Of a DNA stretch of 64,000 nt, positions 1 to 10,450 are shown piece by piece. The stretch lies in assembly GCA_963782055.1 (NCBI GenBank), contig CAWAIF010000003.1, positions 3,680,001 to 3,744,000 on the forward strand, given 5' to 3'. The stretch is from an uncultured delta proteobacterium. Lineage in GTDB: Bacteria; Myxococcota_A; Polyangia; Polyangiales; Polyangiaceae. The notes beneath the pieces are model-generated. The model made no database searches. It was not told the origin of the DNA and saw only the letters and a list, made by a program, of their open reading frames with translations. The first letter of the stretch is position 1. Every line of letters starts with the position of its first letter. Made by a program: the position numbers and the translations under genes.

Positions 1-495
1 GCCGAGGATGGACCGAAGGGCGTTGCCGCCGTCCAGCGGCATGACCGGGAGGAGGTTGAGGACGCCCCAGCCCAGGTTCACCCAGACGAGCTCCTGCACG
101 AGCCTCCCCGCCATCCCCGGCAGCGGGTGGAGCGCGCTCGCGATCAACAAGAAGATCCCGAAGAAGATCCCCACCGCCGGGCCGGCCACGCTGATGAGGA
201 AGGAGCGACCGTGCCCCACGTCCTTGCCGCCGCGCCAGTAGGTGAGACCACCCAGACCGCCGAGGATGATCCCCGGCTGCAGCCCGAAGGCGCGACCGGC
301 GAAGGCGTGCCCCAGCTCGTGCGCGAGGATGGAGACGAAGACGATCCCCATGACCAGCGCCATCCAGGTCAGGTCGGTGATGGACCAGGAGCTCCCGCCG
401 GCCCCGGCGCCCAGCAGCACGGCGATGATGAGGAAGGAGGCCTGGACCCGCACCGGGAAGCCGAAGAGGGTGAAATGGGGGCGGGGGGCGTCCAT
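1..495 (-). CDS. Site-2 protease / M50 family metallopeptidase (3' end runs off window)
   Basis: Manual translation from ATG at 495: MDAPRPHFTLFGFPVRVQASF...ILAHELGHAFAG...AGP...NLLPVMPLDGG; HExxH and NLLPxxPLDG motifs. Confidence 0.9.
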   Translation of the reverse strand, partial: MDAPRPHFTLFGFPVRVQASFLIIAVLLGAGAGGSSWSITDLTWMALVMGIVFVSILAHELGHAFAGRAFGLQPGIILGGLGGLTYWRGGKDVGHGRSFLISVAGPAVGIFFGIFLLIASALHPLPGMAGRLVQELVWVNLGWGVLNLLPVMPLDGGNALRSILG

Positions 496-567
496 GCGTC
501 CCTCTAATTTCACCACGATCCGGCGGGTTGCAAGGGCAAGCGTCCGGGGCCGCGCGCGTCGCCGCGC

Positions 568-2865
568 CTAGCGGCAGCGATTGAGCAGGCGGAGCACCGC
601 CTCGCGCCGCCCGCCCGCGCTCCCCACGAAGGGCGAGTCGGGCGCCTCGACCAGGCCGCGCACGCGGTCGATGGCGGGCACGTCGTGGAGGGCGCACGCG
701 CAGACCGCCCGCTGCCGCAGCGCCTCCTTGCGCACGCGCTTCGTCAGCGGGGCATCTGGCGGCGCCGCGAGCACCTGGTCGAGCTCGGGTGCGGCCTCGC
801 CGTAGTAGCCGCCGATGAGCGCGTGCTTGGCGAGCAGGTACGCCGCCAGCGGGCTGCCGGTCTTGCCGTACCACTCGCCGATCATCGCCGCGGCGAGATC
901 GGGATCCGCCGGCCGGTCACCCGGCGCGGCGACGAGCAGCGTCACCACGGGGAGCCGCGCCTCGGGCAGCCGCGCGGCGATCGCCTTCACCTCCAGGGTG
1001 CGCGCGTGGTCCTCGTTGGGCACGTGCGCGGCCAGGTCGTCGTAGACCGGGGCGGCCCGCGCGCCGTCGCCGCGGGCGAGATCGGAGTCCGCCTCCGCCT
1101 CCCGCGCGTGATCGCGGAAGGCGAGCGGCACCTTGTCGTCCGCGATGAGGGAGTCCAGCTCCGCCCTGCCCTTCGCCGCGTCGCCGGAGCGGAGCTCCAT
1201 CGTGGCGCGGTCGAGGAGCGCGGGGTAGTCGTGGGGATCGCGCGCGAGCACGCCGGCGTAGCCCGCGCGCGCGCAGTCCAGGCGGTGGGTGTCGCGGCAG
1301 GCGTCGGCCTGGCCGCGCAGGGCGTCCACCTCGTGCGGGCACCGGCGACCGAAGACCGCCGGGCGCTCGAACCTGGAGGCCACGTAGGCGTCGGCGGAGG
1401 GCGGCAACGTCACCTTCTCCAGCGCCCTGCGGAAGTCGTCGTCGATGGCGTGCCACGACTGCCCGAGCAGCGCCTCGAGGGACGCGCCGCCGTACCAGGC
1501 GCGCACCGTCCCCCAGCCGTGGGTGTCCGCCAGCCACCGGACGAAGGCGCCCGCGAGGGTGTAGCTCTTGTGCGCCGACTCGCCCAGGAAGCCGAAGGAG
1601 AAGATCTGCTGCATCGGCGGGAGGCGGCCCTTGTCCATCATGGCGCGCGCCCACTCCATGTCGGTGAGCTCGTCCTGGTCGGGCGAGGTCGCCACGGCGA
1701 CGCCCTCGATGAGGCCGGGGTTGGGCCAGAGGCCGTGCAGCGCCCCGGCGATCCGGAAGGGCCCGCGTCCGAAGCTGCCGGCGACGACGTGGGCGATCTC
1801 GTGGCCGAGCACCGGGTGAGGGTAGCGGTCCATCTGCAGGTAGACCTCGTGGCGCCACGGCTTCGCGATGTACGTGTTCGCCGCGCCCATCAGGCGCTTC
1901 TTGTCCCCGGCGTCGCGGAAGAAGAAGGCGGTGATGCGCGACGGCCCGCGCGCGCCGACCGTCTTCTCGTCGGCGGCGATCTCCTGCTCGCAGTCGGCGA
2001 GCAAGAGCGCGGCCTCGTCCTCGCGCAGGGAGTCGGGGTAGACCACGTCGCAGCGCGGGCCGGAGCGCCGCCCGCCGAGGTCCTTCGCGATGCTGCTCGC
2101 CGTCGACCAGTGGCCGAGCGCCGCGCCCTCCGCGGCCATCACCACCCAGGTGGCGAAGCCCAGCAGCGCCAGGACGAGCCGCGGCGTCGCGGCGACGCCG
2201 GTGAGGTCGAGCGCGAGCCCGCGCCCCTCCCCCTTGCGCCGCAGCACCGAGGCGAGCAGCACGAGGCCCACGACGGCCGCCGCCGAGCGGACGCGGTAGG
2301 TGTACAGGGCGCTGCCCGGCTCGATGACGGTGTCGTAGAGGGTGCCGCTGAAGTAGCCGACGAAGGGATTGAAGGCGAAGATCATCGGCGAGCTGTAGAA
2401 GCGCCACACGCTCACCACCACGCCGCCGAGCGGCGCGGCCAGCGCGACGAGCACGGCGAGGAGCCGCCGGCGCTTCGCCCCGCGCGCGATCTGCCCGGCG
2501 ACGGCGCCCCACGCGCCCCCGACCACCGCGCCCGCCCCCGCCGCGAGCGTGAAGCCGAAGAGGCCTCCCCACAGATTGCAGACCCCGACGAAGAGGCCGT
2601 GGAGCAGGCCCAGCACCATCGCCAGCACCGCGAGCAGCGCGCCGAGCGCCAGGCCGCGGCCGACGCACGCGAGCGGCGGGGCGTCGCCGGCGGAGGTGTC
2701 CAGCGCGGTGGCGATGGCCGCGGCGCCGGGGAGCAGGAGCCCGCAGGCCAGGCCGTACTCGTAGCCCACCCCGCCGAAGAGCGGCAAGAAGCCCACGGCG
2801 ACGAGCACCACGGCGACGGCCGCGGCGGTGATGCGAACGGTGCGGCTACCGAGCAGCGGCGTCAC
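568..2865 (-). CDS. Multi-TM membrane protein with HExxH zincin-like domain and helical C-terminus
   Basis: 765-aa ORF; N-terminal hydrophobic helices; LGHEIAHVV followed by IEGVA; GTG start overlaps Lon stop. Confidence 0.7.
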   Translation of the reverse strand: MTPLLGSRTVRITAAAVAVVLVAVGFLPLFGGVGYEYGLACGLLLPGAAAIATALDTSAGDAPPLACVGRGLALGALLAVLAMVLGLLHGLFVGVCNLWGGLFGFTLAAGAGAVVGGAWGAVAGQIARGAKRRRLLAVLVALAAPLGGVVVSVWRFYSSPMIFAFNPFVGYFSGTLYDTVIEPGSALYTYRVRSAAAVVGLVLLASVLRRKGEGRGLALDLTGVAATPRLVLALLGFATWVVMAAEGAALGHWSTASSIAKDLGGRRSGPRCDVVYPDSLREDEAALLLADCEQEIAADEKTVGARGPSRITAFFFRDAGDKKRLMGAANTYIAKPWRHEVYLQMDRYPHPVLGHEIAHVVAGSFGRGPFRIAGALHGLWPNPGLIEGVAVATSPDQDELTDMEWARAMMDKGRLPPMQQIFSFGFLGESAHKSYTLAGAFVRWLADTHGWGTVRAWYGGASLEALLGQSWHAIDDDFRRALEKVTLPPSADAYVASRFERPAVFGRRCPHEVDALRGQADACRDTHRLDCARAGYAGVLARDPHDYPALLDRATMELRSGDAAKGRAELDSLIADDKVPLAFRDHAREAEADSDLARGDGARAAPVYDDLAAHVPNEDHARTLEVKAIAARLPEARLPVVTLLVAAPGDRPADPDLAAAMIGEWYGKTGSPLAAYLLAKHALIGGYYGEAAPELDQVLAAPPDAPLTKRVRKEALRQRAVCACALHDVPAIDRVRGLVEAPDSPFVGSAGGRREAVLRLLNRCR

Positions 2866-5243
2866 ACCCCGGCGGGAGCTTCGCGAGGCTCCTCCTCGTC
2901 GACCTTCGCCTCCGGCGGGGCCGGCGGGGGCTCGAGCACGAGGGGCAAGATCTCATCGACGCGCTTGATGAGGTGGATGGTGAGCTGCTCGCGGACGTCC
3001 TTGGGGATGTCCTCGAGGTCCCGCTCGTTCTTGGCGGGCAGGAGCACGGTGGTGATGCCGGCGCGGTGCGCGGCGAGGAGCTTCTCCTTGATGCCTCCGA
3101 CGGGCATCACCGTCCCGCGCAGGGTGATCTCGCCCGTCATCGCCACGTCGCGCTTGACCGGGCAGCCGAGCAGCAGCGACGCCACCGCCACGAAGAGGGT
3201 GACGCCGGCGCTGGGCCCGTCCTTCGGCGTGCCGCCCTTGGGCACGTGGATGTGCAGGTCGATGGTCTTCAGGAACTCGGGGTCGAGGTGGAGGCGGTCT
3301 GCCTTGCTGCGCACGAAGGAGAGCGCGGTGTGCGCCGACTCCTCCATGACGCTGCGCAGGTTGCCGGTGATGGTGACGTGCCCCTTGCCGGGCATCTTGG
3401 TGGCCTCGATGAAGAGGATGTCGCCTCCGGAGGGCGTCCAGGCGAGGCCGGTGGCGACACCAGGCACCATCTCGCGCTCGGCGAGGTCGGGCGAGTAGCG
3501 CGGCGCGCCGAGCACCTCCTCGACGAAGGCGGCGTCACCCGTCACGTGGACGTCCTCGCCCTCGGCGAGGCGCATGGTGACCGCGCGGCACACCGCGCCG
3601 ATCTCCCGCTCCAGCCCGCGCACGCCCGCCTCGCGGGTGTAGCGGTCGATGATGGTCTCGATGCCCTCGGTGGTGAAGTCGAGGCGCTCGTCGGTCAGCC
3701 CGTGCTGCGAGAGCTGCTTGGGCACCAGAAACTCCTTCGCGATGCTCGCCTTCTCGCGCCGGGTGTAGCCGGGGACCTCGATGACCTCCAGGCGGTCCCA
3801 GAGCGGGGCCGGGATGGTGTCGGGGTTGTTGGCCGTGGCGAGGAAGGTGATCTGCGAGAGGTCGAAGGGGGTGTCGATGTAGTGATCCTGGAAGGAGTTG
3901 TTCTGGGCCGGGTCCAGCACCTCCAGCAGGGCCGCGGAGGGATCCCCCATCACGTCGACGCCGAGCTTGTCGACCTCGTCCAGGACGAGGACGGGGTTCT
4001 TGCTGCCCACCTTCTTCAGACCCTGGATGATGCGGCCGGGGAGCGCGCCGACGTAGGTGCGGCGATGGCCGCGCACCTCTGCCTCGTCGCGCACGCCGCC
4101 GAGGGCGATGCGGTGGTAGCGCCGCCCCATCGACCGGGCGATGCTCCGGCCGAGGGAGGTCTTGCCGACGCCGGGCGGCCCGATGAAGCAGAGGATGGGC
4201 CCCTTCTTGTCCGCGCGCAGCTTGCGCACCGCGATGTACTCGACGATGCGCTTCTTCACCTTCTCCAGGCCGTAGTGGTCCTCGTCCAGGCAGCGCCGCA
4301 CGTCACCCGTGTCCAGCTTGTCGACGGTGGTCTTGTTCCAGGGCAGGTCCGCCAGCCACTCCAGGTAGTTGCGGGTGACGTTGTACTCGGCCGACTGCTG
4401 CTGCATGCCGGAGAGGCGCGCGAGCTGCTTGCGGGCGATCTTCTGTGCGTCCTCCGAGAGCTGGGCGCGGCGCAGGCGATCGCGCAGCTGCTCGACCTCC
4501 TCGTCCTCGCCGGCCTCCCCGAGCTCCTCGCGGATGTTGCGCATCTGCTGGCGGAGGATCTCCTCGCGCTGGGTGCGGCCCTCGCCCTCCACCATCGTCT
4601 GGACCTCGCGGCGCACGCGGAGCATGTCCAGCTGGCGGGAGACGAGGTTCAGCACCAGGCGCACGCGCTCCTTCGGGGTGAAGGTCTCCAGCACGCGCTG
4701 CTTGTCGGCGACCGACGCCTGGTCCACGCCCAGGTTGCCGGCGATGAGGTCCGCCAGGGCGCCGCTCTCCCGGACGTTGTCCAGGATGGCGGACGTCTCC
4801 TTCGGCAGCGAAGGCGAGAGGGCGAGCACCTCGCGCATGGACTCGCGCAGGCGCAGGCCGAGGGCGTCCAGGTCGGCGTCGCGCTCCAGGTCCTCCGGGA
4901 TGCGGGTGATGCGCGCGCGCATGTACGGCTCCAGCCCCGCCGGGGCGACCACCTGCAGCCGCCCCAGGCCGTGGAGCACGACGGAGTAGTTCTGCGGGCC
5001 GATGCGGATCACCTTCACGACCCGCGCGATCGTGCCGACGCCGTACAGGTCGTCGAAGACGGGCTCGTCGACGTCGGGGTCCTTCTGGCTGACGATGCCG
5101 ACGACGGCGCGCTCCTGGCCGAGGATGTCCTCGACGAGGCGCACGCTGCGGCGGCGCCCGACGTTGATCGGGACCACGCTCGCCGGGAAGACCACGCTGT
5201 TCCGAAGCGGCAGGATCGGGAGCGTCTCTGTCGGGGAGCTCAC
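2862..5243 (-). CDS. lon: Lon protease (endopeptidase La)
   Basis: LPILPLRNSVVFP N-domain, GPPGVGKT Walker A, LDEVDK Walker B, PKDGPSAG catalytic Ser, GGIKEKLLAA; GTG start at 5243 inferred. Confidence 0.97.
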   Translation of the reverse strand: MSSPTETLPILPLRNSVVFPASVVPINVGRRRSVRLVEDILGQERAVVGIVSQKDPDVDEPVFDDLYGVGTIARVVKVIRIGPQNYSVVLHGLGRLQVVAPAGLEPYMRARITRIPEDLERDADLDALGLRLRESMREVLALSPSLPKETSAILDNVRESGALADLIAGNLGVDQASVADKQRVLETFTPKERVRLVLNLVSRQLDMLRVRREVQTMVEGEGRTQREEILRQQMRNIREELGEAGEDEEVEQLRDRLRRAQLSEDAQKIARKQLARLSGMQQQSAEYNVTRNYLEWLADLPWNKTTVDKLDTGDVRRCLDEDHYGLEKVKKRIVEYIAVRKLRADKKGPILCFIGPPGVGKTSLGRSIARSMGRRYHRIALGGVRDEAEVRGHRRTYVGALPGRIIQGLKKVGSKNPVLVLDEVDKLGVDVMGDPSAALLEVLDPAQNNSFQDHYIDTPFDLSQITFLATANNPDTIPAPLWDRLEVIEVPGYTRREKASIAKEFLVPKQLSQHGLTDERLDFTTEGIETIIDRYTREAGVRGLEREIGAVCRAVTMRLAEGEDVHVTGDAAFVEEVLGAPRYSPDLAEREMVPGVATGLAWTPSGGDILFIEATKMPGKGHVTITGNLRSVMEESAHTALSFVRSKADRLHLDPEFLKTIDLHIHVPKGGTPKDGPSAGVTLFVAVASLLLGCPVKRDVAMTGEITLRGTVMPVGGIKEKLLAAHRAGITTVLLPAKNERDLEDIPKDVREQLTIHLIKRVDEILPLVLEPPPAPPEAKVDEEEPREAPAGV

Positions 5244-5352
5244 ACGGTGCGTATAGCACGCCGACCGGTGCGTACACAGGTGCTCGGCCCCGCGAGCTGG
5301 ACCGCTCCCAGGTCGCCCCGCGCCCCGGACATGTGCTAGTCCAGCGAGCAAG

Positions 5353-6018
5353 ATGCGCGTCCGTCCGGCGTCCATTTCGCTCCTTCTCTGCCTCGCGGTG
5401 GCGGGCTGCGGTGCAGCCCAGGCGGAGGACCCCGGCTCGACCCTTCGCGACTACGCGCTCGCCCTGCAGCAGGGTCGCGCCGACGACGCCTACCGCCTCC
5501 TCAGCGACGAGGCACGCCGCGGCGTGTCGCTGGAGGCGTTCCGGCGCATGGTGAAGGACAACCCGGCCGAGGTGCGGGAGATGGGCACCGCCCTGTCCCG
5601 CCCGACGGCGCCGCCGGTGGTGACGGCGACGGTCACCGGCCCGGACGGGCAAGAACTGCACCTGGTGCTGGAGAAGGGCAAGTGGAAGGTGGACGCCTCC
5701 GCCATCGACCTATACGCCCAGGACACCCCGCGCCACGCCGTGCAGGGGTTCGTCCGCGCGCTCGAGCGCAAGCGCTACGACGTGGTGCTGCGCTACGTGC
5801 CCGATGCCCACAAGGAGGGCATGGACGCCCAGAAGCTGAAGGCGAGCTGGGAGGGCGAGGAGAAGGCGGAGATCCAGCAGGTTCTCTCCGCGCTGAAGCA
5901 GGCGCTGCCCACCGCCCAGATCGACGAGACGGGGGAGCACGCGACGATGCCGTACGGCGCGGGCACCCTGGAGCTGGTGCGCGAGCACGGCCTCTGGAAG
6001 ATCGAGAATTTCGATTGA
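5353..6018 (+). CDS. Hypothetical lipoprotein with two repeated NTF2-like-looking halves
   Basis: Lipobox LAVAGC; each half ends in a similar motif (LVLEKGKWKV / LVREHGLWKI). Confidence 0.7.
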   Translation: MRVRPASISLLLCLAVAGCGAAQAEDPGSTLRDYALALQQGRADDAYRLLSDEARRGVSLEAFRRMVKDNPAEVREMGTALSRPTAPPVVTATVTGPDGQELHLVLEKGKWKVDASAIDLYAQDTPRHAVQGFVRALERKRYDVVLRYVPDAHKEGMDAQKLKASWEGEEKAEIQQVLSALKQALPTAQIDETGEHATMPYGAGTLELVREHGLWKIENFD

Positions 6019-6157
6019 CCGCAGGAAGGGCGCGGTTGGCGCGCCCGTTCGGGTTGCTTTACATGGGGGCCTCACGAGCGGCTTGCAGAGTGCAACCGGT
6101 TACGACGAATATCCGGCGTGGTGCTCTCGTCGAAAGAGGAACCCAAGGAGATCTCGC

Positions 6158-6865
6158 ATGCGTAAAGCCATGTTGGTGGCAGCCGTCTTGCTGGTGGGCT
6201 GTGAGGTGAGTGTCAACGGGTCGGGTGGGGCGCAGGACCCCTCCACCGCGAACACCGCCCCGCCCGCCACCGCCGCGCCCCCCGTCACCGCCGCCCCGCC
6301 CGCCACCGCCGCGCCCGTCGCCGGCGGCAACCACCGTGTGGCCTCGCGCGTGAGGCTCCGCAACGGCAGCGTGCCCGTCGTCTCCGGGACCGGAGTGTTC
6401 GGCGGCGCGCAGACGGCCGCTGACGACCTGCAGGGCCTCATCTACTTCCTGCCGGAGAACACCCCCAGGCTCCCCGACTACGCGACCCTCCAGCCGCAGG
6501 GCGTGCTCTACACCCGGCAGCTCGCCATCACCCCGCGCAGCTTCACCGCCGGCTTCCCCGGCGTGAACAACCGCTTCGAGTGGTTCGGCATCCGGTACAC
6601 CGGCCACTTCAACGTGGCGCAGGCGGGTTCGTACAACTTCCACGTGCAGTCGGACGATGGCTCCAAGGTGTGGATCGACAACGCCTTGCTCATCGACAAC
6701 GACGGCGTTCACCCGCCCCAGGACAAGACGGCGACGATCAGCCTGGGCGCCGGGCAGCACACCATCCAGGTGGACTACTTCCAGGGCCCGCGCGATCAGA
6801 TCGCCCTGCAGCTCTGGGTGACGCCCCCCGGCCGCCCCGAGATGCTCTGGTCGCCCAGCTTCTGA
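6158..6865 (+). CDS. PA14-domain lipoprotein
   Basis: AAGGAG RBS; lipobox LLVGC; Pro/Ala linker; WFGIRYTG...SDDGSKVWID...NDGVH...HTIQVDYFQG. Confidence 0.85.
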   Translation: MRKAMLVAAVLLVGCEVSVNGSGGAQDPSTANTAPPATAAPPVTAAPPATAAPVAGGNHRVASRVRLRNGSVPVVSGTGVFGGAQTAADDLQGLIYFLPENTPRLPDYATLQPQGVLYTRQLAITPRSFTAGFPGVNNRFEWFGIRYTGHFNVAQAGSYNFHVQSDDGSKVWIDNALLIDNDGVHPPQDKTATISLGAGQHTIQVDYFQGPRDQIALQLWVTPPGRPEMLWSPSF

Positions 6866-6889
6866 CTCGACGCGACGGGCCTGCGGAGC

Positions 6890-7537
6890 TCACGCACGCG
6901 TGAGATCCGGGGCGCGCACGTAGAGCGGCTCCAGCGTCGCCACGTCGTCCGGCGGGCGGGTCATCGCGATGCGCGCGACGGGCTCCGCCCGCGGCAGGTC
7001 GTGAGGCGGCTCGCGCGCGTAGCGCACCGCCCCGCCCGCAGGCAGGTGCGCCTCCAGCTCGGCGGACGCCTCCCCCACGATCACCACCCGGGCCGCCGCG
7101 CGGGCGGCGATCGCCTCCGCCAGCGCCGGCGCGGGCAGGTGCACCGGCTCCGCGTCGCCGAGGCGCGCGTAGAGCTCGCCCTTGCCCGCGGCGATCACCG
7201 CGATCACCAGCTCGTCGTCGGCGCGCTCCAGCCCGTACGCGAGCGCGTCGAAGCCGGTGACGCCGACCACCTCCGCCCCCGTCGCGAGGGCGATGCCCTT
7301 GACGGTCGCCACGCCGATGCGGACGCCGGTGAAGGAGCCAGGCCCCACGCCGACGCCCCACCGCCCCACGTCCGCGGGCTTCCAGCCCGCGTCCCTCGTC
7401 ACGCGGTCGACGAGCGGCAAGAGGGACTCGCCGTGCGCGTTGGACACCCGCTGCTCCGCGGCGGCCACGAGCCTCCCGTCCTCCAGCAGCGCCACGCTGC
7501 CGAGCGCGGTCGACGTATCCAGCGCGGCGACGCGCAT
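6890..7537 (-). CDS. tsaB: tRNA t6A biosynthesis protein TsaB
   Basis: ALDTST, HGESLLP, GVGPGSFTGVRIG, C-terminal EPLYVR. Confidence 0.93.
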   Translation of the reverse strand: MRVAALDTSTALGSVALLEDGRLVAAAEQRVSNAHGESLLPLVDRVTRDAGWKPADVGRWGVGVGPGSFTGVRIGVATVKGIALATGAEVVGVTGFDALAYGLERADDELVIAVIAAGKGELYARLGDAEPVHLPAPALAEAIAARAAARVVIVGEASAELEAHLPAGGAVRYAREPPHDLPRAEPVARIAMTRPPDDVATLEPLYVRAPDLTRA

Positions 7538-7540
7538 GCC

Positions 7541-8722
7541 CTAGAGCTGCGCGAAGCGGCCGCTGCGGAAGGCGGCCTCCAGGAGCTGATCGACGCGGCG
7601 CGCGAGCTCCGGCGCGCGCGGGTCCGGCGAGGCGGCGAGCGCCGCCTTGATCTCGTTGAGCGCCTTGAGCTGGCTGAAGAGCTGCACGTCGCCCAGGCCG
7701 CCGGCGCCCGTGAGCACCTGCCGCACCCTGTCGATCTCGGCGGCGAGCGCCTCGATGCCCACCCCCGAGGCCCCGACGCGCCGCGCGTTGGGGTGGTCGC
7801 GGTAGTGAGCCTCGAGCACCGGCCCGACGATGGCCTCCAGGATCGCCGCCTGGTCCTCGTTGTTCCAGATGTGCTTGAGGACGAAGAAGTCGCTCGCGTC
7901 GGGCTGCGCGCGCCCGTCGAGGAAGGCGCTCGCGGCGAAGAGCTTGAGGAGCTTGACCACGCGACGGTCGGAGAGGCTGACGCCCTCGGCGCGGATCTGG
8001 AAGACCAGGCCCTTGTACTGCGAGAAGAACTCCTCGGAGAAGCGCATGCGCTGGGCGAAGCCGCGGTGGAGCTCGGCGATCTCCCGGGCGCTCGCCAGCG
8101 GCTGGACGGGCGCGTCGGTGAGGCCCATCACCTCGTTCATCAGGCCCTTCTGGAGCAGGTCCTGGAAGTGGTAGGCGTCCAGGTTGTCCGACCGGATGCG
8201 CAGCAGGAAGCGATCGAAGATGGCCGTCAGGGTCTCGTCCGACGGAACCTCGTTGGAGGCGCCGAAGCAGGAGAGCAGCGGGCAGCGCAGCACCTGGCCG
8301 CCGCTGGTGTACTTGCGCTCGTTGAGCAGCGTCAGCAGCGCGTTGAGGATGGCGGAGTTGGACTTGAAGACCTCGTCCAGGAAGACGATCTCCGACTCGG
8401 GCAGCATGTTCTCGGTGCGCCGCTGGTAGCGGCCCTCCCGGAAGGCGGCGATGTCGACGGGGCCGAAGATCTCGTTCGGCTCGGTGAAGCGCGTGAGCAG
8501 GTACTCGAAGTAGTGCGCCTGCAGCAGCTTGGAGAAGGTGCGGATGAGGGCGCTCTTCGCCGTGCCCGGCGGGCCGATGAGCACCGCGTGCTCGCCGGCG
8601 ACGACGGCGATGAGCATCAGGCGGATGACCTCGTCCTTGCCGAGGAAGCGAGACTCCAGAGTCTGGGCGATCTGGGCCAGTCGGTGGGTGAGCGGTTGCG
8701 CTTGCGGGGCAGTGGCGGCCAT
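7541..8722 (-). CDS. MoxR/RavA-type AAA+ ATPase
   Basis: GPPGTAKS, FEYLLTRFTEPNEIFGP, FLDEVFKSNSAILNALL, ASNE, DRFLLR. Confidence 0.9.
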   Translation of the reverse strand: MAATAPQAQPLTHRLAQIAQTLESRFLGKDEVIRLMLIAVVAGEHAVLIGPPGTAKSALIRTFSKLLQAHYFEYLLTRFTEPNEIFGPVDIAAFREGRYQRRTENMLPESEIVFLDEVFKSNSAILNALLTLLNERKYTSGGQVLRCPLLSCFGASNEVPSDETLTAIFDRFLLRIRSDNLDAYHFQDLLQKGLMNEVMGLTDAPVQPLASAREIAELHRGFAQRMRFSEEFFSQYKGLVFQIRAEGVSLSDRRVVKLLKLFAASAFLDGRAQPDASDFFVLKHIWNNEDQAAILEAIVGPVLEAHYRDHPNARRVGASGVGIEALAAEIDRVRQVLTGAGGLGDVQLFSQLKALNEIKAALAASPDPRAPELARRVDQLLEAAFRSGRFAQL

Positions 8723-8747
8723 ACGAGCCGGCTAGCGTAGCCGAAGT

Positions 8748-9479
8748 TCACCCGCTCCGGCGGGTGAAGCGATAGACGGCCGCCGGCTTGCTCGGGGTGA
8801 TCCGCCGGCCGGGGGCCCGCTCGATGAGGCCGTCGTCCAGGAGCCGCTGGAAACGGCGGCGGAAGTTGCCCGGGTCCACCTTCTTGCCCGTCACCACCTC
8901 GTAGGTGGCCCGCAGCTCGGGGATGGTGAAGGTCTCCTGCACCAGCTCGTAGGCGATGTCGGAGTACTCCAGCTTGCCGGCGATGCGGGTGAGGGCGGTC
9001 TCCAGGATCCGGCGGTGGTCGAAGGCGAGCTCCAGCTTGCGTGCATTGTGCACGGAATACCAGCGCACCCGCGAGACGTCGCCGCCTGGCCGCACCATCG
9101 GCACCAGGTCCGGCCGCACCAGCGCGTAGTACGCGACGGACACCACGCGCATGCGCGGGTCCCGCCCCGCGTCGCCGAAGGTGTAGAGCTGCTCCAGGTA
9201 CACCTGCGACGGGGAGAGGCCCGTCTCCTCCGCCAGCTCGCGCGCGGCGGCGGCGTCCAGATCTTCCCCCTGCCGCCGGGCCGTCGGCCCCACGCGCAAG
9301 AAGCCGCCGGGCAGGGCCCAGTCGCCCTTGAAGGGGTGCTCGTCGCGCTGCACGAGCAGCACGCGCAGCTCGGCGTCCTTCACCGTGAGGATGACGATGT
9401 CCACCGCGACCGAAGGGCGCGGAAAGTCCCCCGGCCGGTAGCGAGCGAGGAACGCCTTCTCCGAGTTGTCGCGGGGCAT
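8748..9479 (-). CDS. nrtR: Nudix-related transcriptional regulator NrtR (Nudix + winged helix)
   Basis: WALPGGF...AARELAEETGL, EQLYTF...RDPR, LAFDH, FTIPELR...NFRR; located in NAD salvage operon. Confidence 0.88.
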   Translation of the reverse strand: MPRDNSEKAFLARYRPGDFPRPSVAVDIVILTVKDAELRVLLVQRDEHPFKGDWALPGGFLRVGPTARRQGEDLDAAAARELAEETGLSPSQVYLEQLYTFGDAGRDPRMRVVSVAYYALVRPDLVPMVRPGGDVSRVRWYSVHNARKLELAFDHRRILETALTRIAGKLEYSDIAYELVQETFTIPELRATYEVVTGKKVDPGNFRRRFQRLLDDGLIERAPGRRITPSKPAAVYRFTRRSG

Positions 9480-10450
9480 CAGAGGGGGTCGGTCGTGCGC
9501 ACGACGTTCATGCCGGCGCGCGCGAAGTCTTCCATGGCGCGGGCGGCCACGGCGGGAAAATCGAGCGCGGGCGGGAGCGGGTCGATCGGCGGCGCGGGCA
9601 CCGGGCTCATGGCGTCCTCGAGGACGTAGACCTTCCGCGCGAGGGCGGGGTCCCGCGCCTGGATGTGCGCCTGCATGTCGCGCAGGGTGGAGAGCACGCA
9701 GTGCGACTTGGCCTGACCGAAGACGTAGACGCGGTCGAAGCGCATCAGCGCGTCGAAGAGAGACTCATCGAACCCACCGACGGCGCGGCCGCCCAGCTCC
9801 GTCACCTCCGGCGAGAGGACGGAGTAGTTCTCGGTGAGGGGGCTCTGCCCCTTCTGCCGGAAGACGGTGGGCGTGTCGCGGGCGATGGCGTGGAAGATGG
9901 CCAGCTCCATCATCGCGGGGACGAGCGCGTGCGAGGCGCCGCCGAGCAGCGCGTGGTACGGCCAGATGGTCAGCACGTACTTGCCTCCCTCCTCCAGCTT
10001 GCGCACGTACTCGAGGCACGCCTCGCGCTCGCGCGCGGGGACCCAGCGGCCGCGCTGCACGTCCGCCCGGGTGATGGGCGTGAGGGGCGGCGGGTGGCGG
10101 CCCTCGGCGTCGACCCAGAAGCACGGGTGAAAGATCTGGTGGACGGCGTGCGTGTCGAGGGACAGGTAAAGCGCGGTGATGCGGCCGAGGTGGCCATAGA
10201 GGAAGCGAAGGGCGCGCGCGGTGTCCTCCTGCGCGCCGGGCACGAAGAGGCTGCCCTCGGGGTGGCAGAAGGCGACCTGCACGTCGATGCCGAAGGCGGC
10301 GATCTTCCGCGTGTCCTCCCGCGCGGGGGTGATGGCGTGCGCGCGAGCGAAGCGCTCCGCCTCTGCGGCGACGAGGCCGGCGCGCTCGACGTAGAGCTCC
10401 CCCACCCGCTCGGGCTCGAAGAAACCGGGCATGGGCAACATGACGCTCAT
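9479..10450 (-). CDS. Nicotinamidase-like cysteine hydrolase (isochorismatase family)
   Basis: IDVQVAFC..GSLFVPGA, SLDTH, IWPYH, KG, GQAKSHCV; ATG at 10450 overlaps upstream stop. Confidence 0.8.
   Translation of the reverse strand: MSVMLPMPGFFEPERVGELYVERAGLVAAEAERFARAHAITPAREDTRKIAAFGIDVQVAFCHPEGSLFVPGAQEDTARALRFLYGHLGRITALYLSLDTHAVHQIFHPCFWVDAEGRHPPPLTPITRADVQRGRWVPAREREACLEYVRKLEEGGKYVLTIWPYHALLGGASHALVPAMMELAIFHAIARDTPTVFRQKGQSPLTENYSVLSPEVTELGGRAVGGFDESLFDALMRFDRVYVFGQAKSHCVLSTLRDMQAHIQARDPALARKVYVLEDAMSPVPAPPIDPLPPALDFPAVAARAMEDFARAGMNVVRTTDPL

Noticed and set aside
685..5339. Long antisense or alternate-frame ORFs here and elsewhere (e.g. 13070-15370, 25934-28603, 30817-34827)
   Set aside because: Shadow ORFs typical of high-GC DNA, opposite genes with clear motifs.
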